A stretch of 64,000 bases of DNA from the human T2T-CHM13v2.0 reference genome, Homo sapiens. A program made the translations under genes and the position numbers. The DNA lies in assembly GCF_009914755.1 (NCBI RefSeq), contig NC_060939.1; one strand, 5' to 3'. The notes beneath the pieces are model-generated. The model worked only from the letters and a program-made list of their open reading frames with translations, had not been told where the DNA came from and made no database searches. The first letter of the stretch is position 1. The number at the start of each line of letters is the position of its first letter. Below, in pieces: positions 39,401 to 53,800 of this stretch.

Positions 39401-42400
39401 ATTCTACTCCAACTGATTCCATTCCATTCTATTCCTTTCCATTCCATTTCATTCAATTCCATTCCATTTCATTCCATTCCATTCCATTTCATTCTATTCA
39501 ATTCCATTCGTGTCCATTCCACTCCAGTCCATTCCATTCGTGTCCATTCCATTCCAGTCCATTCCATTTGTGTCCACTGCATTCCATTCCACTCCATTCC
39601 ATATTATTCCATTACACTCCATTCCATTCTATTACTTTCATTTCCATTTAATTCCATTCCATTTGATTCCATTCCACTCGGTTTCATTCCATTTGAGTCC
39701 ACTCCATTCCATTCCATTCCATTCCATTCAGTTCCATTCCATTCTGTTCCATTCCATTCTGTTCCATTGCATTCCATTCCATTCGGTACCATTCCATATT
39801 GTTCCATTCGATTCCATTCGAATCCATTCCATTCCAGTCCATTCCATTCGATTCCATTCCATTCCTTTCAATTCCATTCCATTCCATTCCATTCCACTTG
39901 ATTCCACTCCATTCCCTTCCACTGCATTCCATTCGATTCCATTCCATTGCATTGCATTCCATTCCATTGGACTACATTCCATTCGATTCCATTCCATTCG
40001 AATCAATGACATAGCAATCCATTACATTCGAGTCTATTCTATTCCGTTCCATTCGATTTCATTCCAATCCATTCGATTCCATTCCATTCGATTCCATTCC
40101 ATACTATTGCATTCCATTCTATTACATTATATTCGAATAAGTTCCATTCAAGACCATTTCTTTTGAGTCCATTCTATTTGAGTCCATTCCCTTTGATTCC
40201 ATAACATTTGAGTCCATTCAATTCCATTCCTTTCGTTTCCATTCCATTTGATGCCATTCCACTCAATTCTGTTCTACTCGACTCCAATACATTCAATTCC
40301 ATTCCATCCGATTCCATTACATTCTTTTCATTTCTTATCCATTTCAAGCCATTCCACTCCATTCCATTCCACTCGTTTCCTTTCCATTCGAGTCCATTCC
40401 TCTCCAGTCCATTCCGTTCAATCCATTCCATTCCAGTCCATTCCATTCGAGTCCGTTCCATTCCAGTCCATTCCATTCGAGTCAATTCCATTCCATTCGA
40501 TGTCTTTCCATAACGATCCATTCCATTCTATTCCTTTCGATTCCATTCCATTCTATTTCATTCCATTCGATTCCCTTCCATTGGACTCCTTTCCATTCGA
40601 GTGCATTCCATTCCGTTCCATTTCTTTCCGTTCTGTACGATTCTTACCGTTCGATTTCATTTTGTTCCAGTCCATTCCTTTCGCGTCCATTCCATTCCAT
40701 TTCACTCCATTCGATTCCATTCCACTCGATTCCACTTCGTTCCATTTCATTGCATTCCATTCTATTCAACTCTATTGCCTTCCATTCCATTCCATTCGAT
40801 TACATTCCATGCGATTGCATTCGAAATCGAATCAATTACATTGCAATCCATTACTATTGAGTCCGTTTTATTCCAGTCCACTGCATTCTGGTCCATTCCA
40901 TTTGATTCCATTCCATTCTATTCCATTCCATACAGTTGCATTCCTTTGGATTCCATGCTATATCTATAAATTCAATTCGAGACCATTGCTTTTGAGTCCA
41001 TTCTATATGATTCCATTCCATTCAAGTCCATTACATTTGGTTCAATTCCATTCCATTCCAGTTGATATCAATCCATTCGATTCCATTCCATTCGAGCACA
41101 TTCCATTCGAGTCCATTCCATTCGATGCCATTCCATTTGATTCTATGCCATTAGTCTCCATTCAATTCCATTAATCTCCATTCCATTCCATTCTACTCCA
41201 ACTGATTCCATTCCATTCTATTCCTTTCCATTCCATTTCATTCCATTCCATTCCATTTCATTCCATTCCATTCCATTCGTGTCCATTCCACTCCAGTCCA
41301 TTCCATTCGTGTCCATTCCATTCCAGTCCATTACATTTGTGTCCACTGCATTCCATTCCACTCCATTCTATATTATTCCATTACACTCCATTCCATTCTA
41401 TTACTATCATTTCCATTCAATTCCATTCCATTTGATTCCATTCCACTCGGTTTCATTCCATTTGAGTCCACTCCATTCCATTCCATTCCATTCCATTCAG
41501 TTCCATTCCATTCTGTTCCATTCCATTCCGTTCCATTACATTCCATTCCATTCGGTACCATTCCATATTGTTCCATTCGATTCCATTCGAATCCATTCCA
41601 TTCCAGTCCATTCCATTCGATTCCATTCCATTCATTTCAATTCCATTCCATTCCATTCCATTACATTCCACTTGATTCCTCTCCATTCCCTTCCACTGCA
41701 TTCCGTTCGATTCCATTCCATTGCATTGCATTCCATTCCATTGTATTGCATTCCATTCGATTCCATTCCATTCGAATCAATTACATAGCAATCCATTACA
41801 TTCGAGTCTATTCTACTCCTTTCCATTCGATTTCGTTCCAATCCATTCGATTCCATTCCATTCGATTCCATTCCATACTATTGCATTCCATTCGATTACA
41901 TTATATTCAAATAAGTTCCATTCAAGACCATTTCTTTTGAGTCCATTCTTTTTGAGTCCATTCCCTTTGATTCCATAACATTTGAGTCCATTCAATTCCA
42001 TTCCTTTCGTTTGCATTCCATTTGATGCCATTCCATTCAATTCTGTTCTACTCGACTCCAATACATTCAATTCCATTCCATCCGATTCCATTACATTCTT
42101 TTCATTTCTTATCCATTTCAAGCCATTCCACTCCATTCCATTCCACTCGTTTCCTTTCCATTCGAGTCCATTCCTCTCCAGTCCATTCCGTTCAATCCAT
42201 TCCATTCCAGTCCATTCCATTCGAGTCCGTTCCATTCCAGTCCTCTCTATTCGAGTCAATTCCATCCCATTCGATGTTTTTCCATAACGATCCATTCCAT
42301 TCTATTCCTTTCGATTCCATTCCATTCTACTTCATTCAATTCGATTCCCTTCCATTGGACTCCTTTCCATTCGAGTGCATTCCATTCCGTTCCATTTCGT

Positions 42401-43000
42401 ACCGTTCTGTACGATTCCTACCGTTCGATTTCATTTTGTTCCAGTCCATTCCTTTCGCGTCCATTCCATTCCATTTCACTCCATTCGATTCCATTCCACT
42501 CGATTCCACTTCGTTCCATTTCATTGCATTCCATTCTATTCAACTCTATTGCCTTCCATTCCATTCCATTCGGTTACATTCCATGCGATTCCGTTCGAAA
42601 TCGAATCAATTACATTGCAATCCATTACTATTGAGTCCATTTTATTCCAGTCCACTGCATTCTGGTCCATTCCATTTGATTCCATTCCATTCTATTCCAT
42701 TCCATACAGTTGCATTCCATTGGATTCCATTCTATATCTATAAATTCAATTCGAGACCATTGCTTTTGAATCCATTCTATATGATTCCATTCCATTCAAG
42801 TCCATTACATTTGGTTCAATTTCATTCCATTCCATTCCCTTCCATTCCATTCCAGTTGATATCAATCCATTCGATTCCATTCCATTCGAGCACATTCCAT
42901 TTGAGTCCATTCCATTCGATGCCATTCCATTTGATTCTATTCCATTAGTCTCCATTCAATTCCATTAATCTCCATTCCATTCCATTCTACTCCAACTGAT
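30500..43000 (+). repeat. Two-unit higher-order repeat, period about 3583 bp, about 3.5 copies
   Basis: Units at 33042, 36625 and 40208 (spacing 3583) share a 20-bp deletion before GTTGATATC plus GATTCTTACCG, GCGATTGCATTCG and CTATGCCATTAG. The alternating units at 31238, 34821, 38399 and 41982 share CCAGTCCTCTCTATTCG and GCGATTCCGTTCG. Boundaries are approximate. Confidence 0.88.
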
Positions 43001-46000
43001 TCCATTCCATTCTATTCCTTTCCATTCCATTTCATTCCATTCCATTCCATTTCATTCCATTCCATTCCATTCCATTCCATTCGCTTCCATTCCATTCGTG
43101 TCCATTCCACTCCAGTCCATTCCATTCGTGTCCATTCCATTCCAGTCCATTCCATTTGTGTCCACTGCATTCCATTCCACTCCATTCCATATTATTCCAT
43201 TACACTCCCTTCCATACTATTACTTTCATTTCCATTCAATTCCATTCCATTTGATTCCATTCCACTCGGTTTCATTCCATTTGAGTCCACTCCATTCCAT
43301 TCCATTCCATTCAGTTCCATTCTATTCTGTTCCATTCCATTCCGTTCCATTACATTCCATTCCATTCGGTACCATTCCATATTGTTCCATTCGATTCCAT
43401 TCGAATCCATTCCATTCCAGTCCATTCCATTCGATTCCATTCCATTCCTTTCAATTCCATTCCATTCCATTCCATTCCACTTGATTCCACTCCATTCCCT
43501 TCCACTGCATTCCATTCGATTCCATTCCATTGCATTGCATTCCATTCCATTGGACTGCATTCCATTCGATTCCATTCCATTCGAATCAATTACATAGCAA
43601 TCCATTACATTCGAGTCTATTCTATTCCGTTCCATTCGATTTCGTTCCAATCCATTCGATTCCATTCCATTCGATTCCATTCCATACTATTGCATTCCAT
43701 TCGATTACATTATATTCGAATAAGTTCCATTCAAGACCATTTCTTTTGAGTCCATTCTATTTGAGTCCATTCCCTTTGATTCCATAACATTTGAGTCCAT
43801 TCAATTCCATTCCTTTCGTTCCCATTCCATTTGATGCCATTCCATTCAATTCTGTTCTACTCGACTCCAATACATTCAATTCCATTCCATCCGATTCCAT
43901 TACATTCTTTTCATTTCTTATCCATTTCAAGCCATTCCACTCCATTCCATTCCACTCGTTTCCTTTCCATTCGAGTCCATTCCTCTCCAGTCCATTCCGT
44001 TCAATCCATTCCATTCCAGTCCATTCCATTCGAGTCCGTTCCATTCCAGTCCATTCCATTCGAGTCAATTCCATTCCATTCGATGTCTTTCCATAACGAT
44101 CCATTCCATTCTATTCCTTTCGATTCCATTCCATTCTATTTCATTCCATTCGATTCCCTTCCATTGGACTCCTTTCCATTCGAGTGCATTCCATTCCGTT
44201 CCATTTCTTTCCGTTCTGTGCGATTCCTACCGTTTGATTTCATTTTGTTCCAGTCCATTCCTTTCGCGTCCATTCCATTCCATTTCACTCCATTCGATTC
44301 CATTCCACTCGATTCCACTTCGTTCCATTTCATTGCATTCCATTCTATTCAACTCTATTGCCTTCCATTCAATTCCATTCGATTACATTCCATGCGATTC
44401 CATTCGAAATCGAATCAATTACATTGCAATCCATTACTATTGAGTCCATTTTATTCCAGTCCACTGCATTCTGGTCCATTCCATTTGATTCCATTCCATT
44501 CTATTCCATTCCATACAGTTGCATTCCATTGGATTCCATTCTATATCTATAAATTCAATTCGAGACCATTGCTTTTGAATCCATTCTATATGATTCCATT
44601 CCATTCAAGTCCATTACATTTGGTTCAATTCCATTCCATTCCATTCCCTTCCATTCCATTCCAGTTGATATCAATCCATTCGATTCCATTCCATTCGAGC
44701 ACATTCCTTTCGAGTCCATTCCATTCGATGCCATTCCATTTGATTCTATTCCATTAGTCTCCATTCAATTCCATTAATCTCCATTCCATTCCATTCTACT
44801 CCAACTGATTCCATTCCATTCTATTCCTTTCCATTCCATTTCATTCCATTCCATTCCGTTCCATTACATTCCATTCGCTTCCATTCCATTCGTGTCCATT
44901 CCACTCCAGTCCATTCCATTCGTGTCCATTCCATTCCAGTCCATTCCATTTGTGTCCACTGCATTCCATTCCACTCCATTCCATATTATTCCATTACACT
45001 CCATTCCATTCTATTACTTTCATTTCCATTCAATTCCGTTCCATTTGATTCCATTCCACTCGGTTTCATTCCATTTGAGTCCACTCCATTCCATTCCATT
45101 CCATTCCATTCAGTTCCATTCCATTCTGTTCCATTCCATTCCGTTCCATTGCATTCCATTCCATTCGGTACCATTCCATATTGTTCCATTCGATTCCATT
45201 CGAATCCATTCCATTCCAGTCCATTCCATTCGATTCCATTCCATTCCTTTCAATTCCATTCCATTCCATTCCATTCCACTTGATTCCACTCCATTCCCTT
45301 CCACTGCATTCCATTCGATTCCATTCCATTGCATTGCATTCCATTCCATTGGACTGCATTCCATTCGATTCCATTCCATTCGAATCAATTACATAGCAAT
45401 CCATTACATTCGAGTCTATTCTATTCCGTTCCATTCGATTTCATTCCAATCCATTCGATTCCATTCCATACTATTGCATTCCATTCTATTACATTATATT
45501 CGAATAAGATCCATTCAAGACCATTTCTTTTGAGTTCATTCTATTTGAGTCCATTCCCTTTGATTCCATAACATTTGAGTCCATTCAATTCCATTCCTTT
45601 CGTTTGCATTCCATTTGATGCCATTCCATTCAATTCTGTGCTACTCGACTCCAATACATTCAATTCCATTCCATCCGATTCCATTACATTCTTTTCATTT
45701 CTTATCCATTTCAAGCCATTCCACTCCATTCCATTCCACTCGTTTCCTTTCCATTCGAGTCCATTCCTCTCCAGTCCATTCCGTTCAATCCATTCCATTC
45801 CAGTCCATTCCATTCGAGTCCGTTCCATTCCAGTCCATTCCATTCGAGTCAATTCCATTCCATTCGATGTCTTTCCATAACGATCCATTCCATTCTATTC
45901 CTTTGGATTCCATTCCATTCTATTTCATTCCATTCGATTCCCTTCCATTGGACTCCTTTCCATTCGAGTGCATTCCATTCCGTTCCATTTCTTTCCGTTC

Positions 46001-49000
46001 TGTACGATTCCTACCGTTCGATTTCATTTTGTTCCAGTCCATTCCTTTCGCGTCCATTCCATTCCATTTCACTCCATTCGATTCCATTCCACTCGATTCC
46101 ACTTCGTTCCATTTCATTGCATTCCATTCTATTCAACTCTATTGCCTTCCATTCCATTCCATTCGATTACATTCCATGCGATTCCATTCGAAATCGAATC
46201 AATTACATTGCAATCCATTACTATTGAGTCCATTTTATTCCAGTCCACTACATTCTGGTCCATTCCATTTGATTCCATTCCATTCTATTCCATTCCATAC
46301 AGTTGCATTCCATTGGATTCCATTCTATATCTATAAATTCAATTCGAGACCATTGCTTTTGAATCCATTCCATAGGATTCCATTCCATTCAAGTCCATTA
46401 CATTTGGTTCAATTCCATTCCATTCCATTCCCTTCCATTCCATTCCAGTTGATATCAATCCATTCGATTCCATTCCATTCGAGCACATTCCATTCCAGTC
46501 CATTCCATTCGATGCCATTACATTTGATTCTATTCCATTAGTCTCCATTCAATTCCATTAATCTCCATTCCATTCCATTCTACTCCAACTGATTCCATTC
46601 CATTCTATTCCTTTCCATTCCATTTCATTCCATTCCATTCCGTTCCATTACATTCCATTCGCTTCCATTCCATTCGTGTCCATTCCACTCCAGTCCATTC
46701 CATTCGTGTCCATTCCATTCCAGTCCATTCCATTTGTGTCCACTGCATTCCATTCCACTCCATTCCATATTATTCCATTACACTCCATTCCATTCTATTA
46801 CTTTCATTTCCATTCAATTCCGTTCCATTTGATTCCATTCCACTCGGTTTCATTCCATTTGAGTCCACTCCATTCCATTCCATTCCATTCCATTCAGTTC
46901 CATTCCATTCTGTTCCATTCCATTCCGTTCCATTGCATTCCATTCCATTCGGTACCATTCCATATTGTTCCATTCGATTCCATTCGAATCCATTCCATTC
47001 CAGTCCATTCCATTCGATTCCATTCCATTCCTTTCAATTCCATTCCATTCCATTCCATTCCACTTGATTCCACTCCATTCCCTTCCACTGCATTCCATTC
47101 GATTCCATTCCATTGCATTGCATTCCATTCCATTGGACTGCATTCCATTCGATTCCATTCCATTCGAATCAATTACATAGCAATCCATTACATTCGAGTC
47201 TATTCTATTCCGTTCCATTCGATTTCATTCCAATCCATTCGATTCCATTCCATACTATTGCATTCCATTCTATTACATTATATTCGAATAAGATCCATTC
47301 AAGACCATTTCTTTTGAGTTCATTCTATTTGAGTCCATTCCCTTTGATTCCATAACATTTGAGTCCATTCAATTCCATTCCTTTCATTTGCATTCCATTT
47401 GATGCCATTCCATTCAATTCTGTGCTACTCGACTCCAATACATTCAATTCCATTCCATCCGATTCCATTACATTCTTTTCATTTCTTATCCATTTCAAGC
47501 CATTCCACTCCATTCCATTCCACTCGTTTCCTTTCCATTCGAGTCCATTCCTCTCCAGTCCATTCCGTTCAATCCATTCCATTCCAGTCCATTCCATTCG
47601 AGTCCGTTCCATTCCAGTCCATTCCATTCGAGTCAATTCCATTCCATTCGATGTCTTTCCATAACGATCCATTCCATTCTATTCCTTTGGATTCCATTCC
47701 ATTCTATTTCATTCCATTCGATTCCCTTCCATTGGACTCCTTTCCATTCGAGTGCATTCCATTCCGTTCCATTTCTTTCCGTTCTGTACGATTCCTACCG
47801 TTCGATTTCATTTTGTTCCAGTCCATTCCTTTCGCGTCCATTCCATTCCATTTCACTCCATTCGATTCCATTCCACTCGATTCCACTTCGTTCCATTTCA
47901 TTGCATTCCATTCTATTCAACTCTATTGCCTTCCATTCCATTCCATTCGATTACATTCCATGCGATTCCATTCGAAATCGAATCAATTACATTGCAATCC
48001 ATTACTATTGAGTCCATTTTATTCCAGTCCACTGCATTCTGGTCCATTCCATTTGATTCCATTCCATTCTATTCCATTCCATACAGTTGCATTCCATTGG
48101 ATTCCATTCTATATCTATAAATTCAATTCGAGACCATTGCTTTTGAATCCATTCCATAGGATTCCATTCCATTCAAGTCCATTACATTTGGTTCAATTCC
48201 ATTCCATTCCATTCCCTTCCATTCCATTCCAGTTGATATCAATCCATTCGATTCCATTCCATTCGAGCACATTCCATTCCAGTCCATTCCATTCGATGCC
48301 ATTCCATTTGATTCTATTCCATTAGTCTCCATTCAATTCCATTAATCTCCATTCCATTCCATTCTACTCCAACTGATTCCATTCCATTCTATTCCTTTCC
48401 ATTCCATTTCATTCCATTCCATTCCATTTCATTCCATTCCATTCCATTCGCTTCCATTCCATTCGTGTCCATTCCACTCCAGTCCATTCCATTCGTGTCC
48501 ATTCCATTCCAGTCCATTCCATTTGTGTCCACTGCATTCCATTCCACTCCATTCCATATTATTCCATTACACTCCATTCCATTCTATTACTTTCATTTCC
48601 ATTCAATTCCATTCCATTTGATTCCATTCCACTCGGTTTCATTCCATTTGAGTCCACTCCATTCCATTCCATTCCATTCCATTCAGTTCCATTCCATTCT
48701 GTTCCATTCCATTCCGTTCCATTACATTCCATTCCATTCGGTACCATTCCATATTGTTCCATTCGATTCCATTCGAATCCATTCCATTCCAGTCCATTCC
48801 ATTCGATTCCATTCCATTCATTTCAATTCCATTCCATTCCATTCCATTACATTCCACTTGATTCCTCTCCATTCCCTTCCACTGCATTCCGTTCGATTCC
48901 ATTCCATTGCATTGCATTCCATTCCATTGTATTGCATTCCATTCGATTCCATTCCATTCGAATCAATTACATAGCAATCCATTACATTCGAGTCTATTCT

Positions 49001-50869
49001 ATTCCGTTCCATTCGATTTCGTTCCAATCCATTCGATTCCATTCCATTCGATTCCATTCCATACTATTGCATTCCATTCGATTACATTATATTCGAATAA
49101 GTTCCATTCAAGACCATTTCTTTTGAGTCCATTCTTTTTGAGTCCATTCCCTTTGATTCCATAACATTTGAGTCCATTCAATTCCATTCCTTTCGTTTGC
49201 ATTCCATTTGATGCCATTCCATTCAATTCTGTTCTACTCGACTCCAATACATTCAATTCCATTCCATCCGATTCCATTACATTCTTTTCATTTCTTATCC
49301 ATTTCAAGCCATTCCACTCCATTCCATTCCACTCGTTTCCTTTCCATTCGAGTCCATTCCTCTCCAGTCCATTCCGTTCAATCCATTCCATTCCAGTCCA
49401 TTCCATTCGAGTCCGTTCCATTCCAGTCCTCTCTATTCGAGTCAATTCCATCCCATTCGATGTTTTTCCATAACGATCCATTCCATTCTATTCCTTTCGA
49501 TTCCATTCCATTCTACTTCATTCAATTCGATTCCCTTCCATTGGACTCCTTTCCATTCGAGTGCATTCCATTCCGTTCCATTTCGTACCGTTCTGTACGA
49601 TTCCTACCGTTCGATTTCATTTTGTTCCAGTCCATTCCTTTCGCGTCCATTCCATTCCATTTCACTCCATTCGATTCCATTCCACTCGATTCCACTTCGT
49701 TCCATTTCATTGCATTCCATTCTATTCAACTCTATTGCCTTCCATTCCATTCCATTCGATTACATTCCATGCGATTCCGTTCGAAATCGAATCAATTACA
49801 TTGCAATCCATTACTATTGAGTCCATTTTATTCCAGTCCACTGCATTCTGGTCCATTCCATTTGATTCCATTCCATTCTATTCCATTCCATACAGTTGCA
49901 TTCCATTGGATTCCATTCTATATCTATAAATTCAATTCGAGACCATTGCTTTTGAATCCATTCTATATGATTCCATTCCATTCAAGTCCATTACATTTGG
50001 TTCAATTTCATTCCATTCCATTCCCTTCCATTCCATTCCAGTTGATATCAATCCATTCGATTCCATTCCATTCGAGCACATTCCATTTGAGTCCATTCCA
50101 TTCGATGCCATTCCATTTGATTCTATTCCATTAGTCTCCATTCAATTCCATTAATCTCCATTCCATTCCATTCTACTCCAACTGATTCCATTCCATTCTA
50201 TTCCTTTCCATTCCATTTCATTCCATTCCATTCCATTTCATTCCATTCCATTCCATTCCATTCCATTCGCTTCCATTCCATTCGTGTCCATTCCACTCCA
50301 GTCCATTCCATTCGTGTCCATTCCATTCCAGTCCATTCCATTTGTGTCCACTGCATTCCATTCCACTCCATTCCATATTATTCCATTACACTCCCTTCCA
50401 TACTATTACTTTCATTTCCATTCAATTCCATTCCATTTGATTCCATTCCACTCGGTTTCATTCCATTTGAGTCCACTCCATTCCATTCCATTCCATTCCA
50501 TTCAGTTCCATTCCATTCTGTTCCATTCCATTCCGTTCCATTACATTCCATTCCATTCGGTACCATTCCATATTGTTCCATTCGATTCCATTCGATTCCA
50601 TTCCATTCCAGTCCATTCCATTCGATTCCATTCCATTCCTTTCAATTCCATTCCATTCCATTCCATTCCACTTGATTCCACTCCATTCCCTTCCACTGCA
50701 TTCCATTCGATTCCATTCCATTGCATTGCATTCCATTCCATTGGACTGCATTCCATTCGATTCCATTCCATTCGAATCAATTACATAGCAATCCATTACA
50801 TTCGAGTCTATTCTATTCCGTTCCATTCGATTTCGTTCCAATCCATTCGATTCCATTCCATTCGATTCC

Positions 50870-53800
50870 ATTCCATACTATTGCATTCCATTCGATTACA
50901 TTATATTCGAATAAGTTCCATTCAAGACCATTTCTTTTGAGTCCATTCTATTTGAGTCCATTCCCTTTGATTCCATAACATTTGAGTCCATTCAATTCCA
51001 TTCCTTTTGTTTCCATTCCATTTGATGCCATTCCATTCAATTCTGTTCTACTCGACTCCAATACATTCAATTCCATTCCATCCGATTCCATTACATTCTT
51101 TTCATTTCTTATCCATTTCAAGCCATTCCACTCCATTCCATTCCACTCGTTTCCTTTCCATTCGAGTCCATTCCTCTCCAGTCCATTCCGTTCAATCCAT
51201 TCCATTCCAGTCCATTCCATTTGAGTCCGTTCCATTCCAGTCCATTCCATTCGAGTCAATTCCATTCCATTCGATGTCTTTCCATAACGATCCATTCCAT
51301 TCTATTCCTTTGGATTCCATTCCATTCTATTTCATTCCATTCGATTCCCTTCCATTGGACTCCTTTCCATTCGAGTGCATTCCATTCCGTTCCATTTCTT
51401 TCCGTTCTGTACGATTCCTACCGTTCGATTTCATTTTGTTCCAGTCCATTCCTTTCGCGTCCATTCCATTCCATTTCACTCCATTCGATTCCATTCCACT
51501 CGATTCCACTTCGTTCCATTTCATTGCATTCCATTCTATTCAACTCTATTGCCTTCCATTCCATTCCATTCGATTACATTCCATGCGATTCCATTCGAAA
51601 TCGAATCAATTACATTGCAATCCATTACTATTGAGTCCATTTTATTCCAGTCCACTGCATTCTGGTCCATTCCATTTGATTCCATTCCATTCTATTCCAT
51701 TCCATACAGTTGCATTCCATTGGATTCCATTCTATATCTATAAATTCAATTCGAGACCATTGCTTTTGAATCCATTCCATAGGATTCCATTCCATTCAAG
51801 TCCATTACATTTGGTTCAATTCCATTCCATTCCATTCCCTTCCATTCCATTCCAGTTGATATCAATCCATTCGATTCCATTCCATTCGAGCACATTCCAT
51901 TCCAGTCCATTCCATTCGATGCCATTCCATTTGATTCTATTCCATTAGTCTCCATTCAATTCCATTAATCTCCATTCCATTCCATTCTACTCCAACTGAT
52001 TCCATTCCATTCTATTCCTTTCCATTCCATTTCATTCCATTCCATTCCATTTCATTCCATTCCATTCCATTCGCTTCCATTCCATTCGTGTCCATTCCAC
52101 TCCAGTCCATTCCATTCGTGTCCATTCCATTCCAGTCCATTCCATTTGTGTCCACTGCATTCCATTCCACTCCATTCCATACTATTCCATTACACTCCAT
52201 TCCATTCTATTACTTTCATTTCCATTCAATTCCATTCCATTTGATTCCATTCCACTCGGTTTCATTCCATTTGAGTCCATTCCATTCCATTCCATTCCAT
52301 TCCATTCAGTTCCATTCCATTCTGTTCCATTCCATTCCGTTCCATTACATTCCATTCCATTCGGTACCATTCCATATTGTTCCATTCGATTCCATTCGAA
52401 TCCATTCCATTCCAGTCCATTCCATTCGATTCCATTCCATTCATTTCAATTCCATTCCATTCCATTCCATTCCATTCCACTTGATTCCTCTCCATTCCCT
52501 TCCACTGCATTCCGTTCGATTCCATTCCATTGCATTGCATTCCATTCCATTGTATTGCATTCCATTCGATTCCATTCCATTCGAATCAATTACATAGCAA
52601 TCCATTACATTCGAGTCTATTCTATTCCGTTCCATTCGATTTCGTTCCAATCCATTCGATTCCATTCCATTCGATTCCATTCCATACTATTGCATTCCAT
52701 TCGATTACATTATATTCGAATAAGTTCCATTCAAGACCATTTCTTTTGAGTCCATTCTTTTTGAGTCCATTCCCTTTGATTCCATAACATTTGAGTCCAT
52801 TCAATTCCATTCCTTTCGTTTGCATTCCATTTGATGCCATTCCATTCAATTCTGTTCTACTCGACTCCAATACATTCAATTCCATTCCATCCGATTCCAT
52901 TACATTCTTTTCATTTCTTATCCATTTCAAGCCATTCCACTCCATTCCATTCCACTCGTTTCCTTTCCATTCGAGTCCATTCCTCTCCAGTCCATTCCGT
53001 TCAATCCATTCCATTCCAGTCCATTCCATTCGAGTCCGTTCCATTCCAGTCCTCTCTATTCGAGTCAATTCCATCCCATTCGATGTTTTTCCATAACGAT
53101 CCATTCCATTCTATTCCTTTCGATTCCATTCCATTCTACTTCATTCAATTCGATTCCCTTCCATTGGACTCCTTTCCATTCGAGTGCATTCCATTCTGTT
53201 CCATTTCGTACCGTTCTGTACGATTCCTACCGTTCGATTTCATTTTGTTCCAGTCCATTCCTTTCGCGTCCATTCCATTCCATTTCACTCCATTCGATTC
53301 CATTCCACTCGATTCCACTTCGTTCCATTTCATTGCATTCCATTCTATTCAACTCTATTGCCTTCCATTCCATTCCATTCGATTACATTCCATGCGATTC
53401 CGTTCGAAATCGAATCAATTACATTGCAATCCATTACTATTGAGTCCATTTTATTCCAGTCCACTGCATTCTGGTCCATTCCATTTGATTCCATTCCATT
53501 CTATTCCATTCCATACAGTTGCATTCCATTGGATTCCATTCTATATCTATAAATTCAATTCGAGACCATTGCTTTTGAATCCATTCTATATGATTCCATT
53601 CCATTCAAGTCCATTACATTTGGTTCAATTTCATTCCATTCCATTCCCTTCCATTCCATTCCAGTTGATATCAATCCATTCGATTCCATTCCATTCGAGC
53701 ACATTCCATTTGAGTCCATTCCATTCGATGCCATTCCATTTGATTCTATTCCATTAGTCTCCATTCAATTCCATTAATCTCCATTCCATTCCATTCTACT

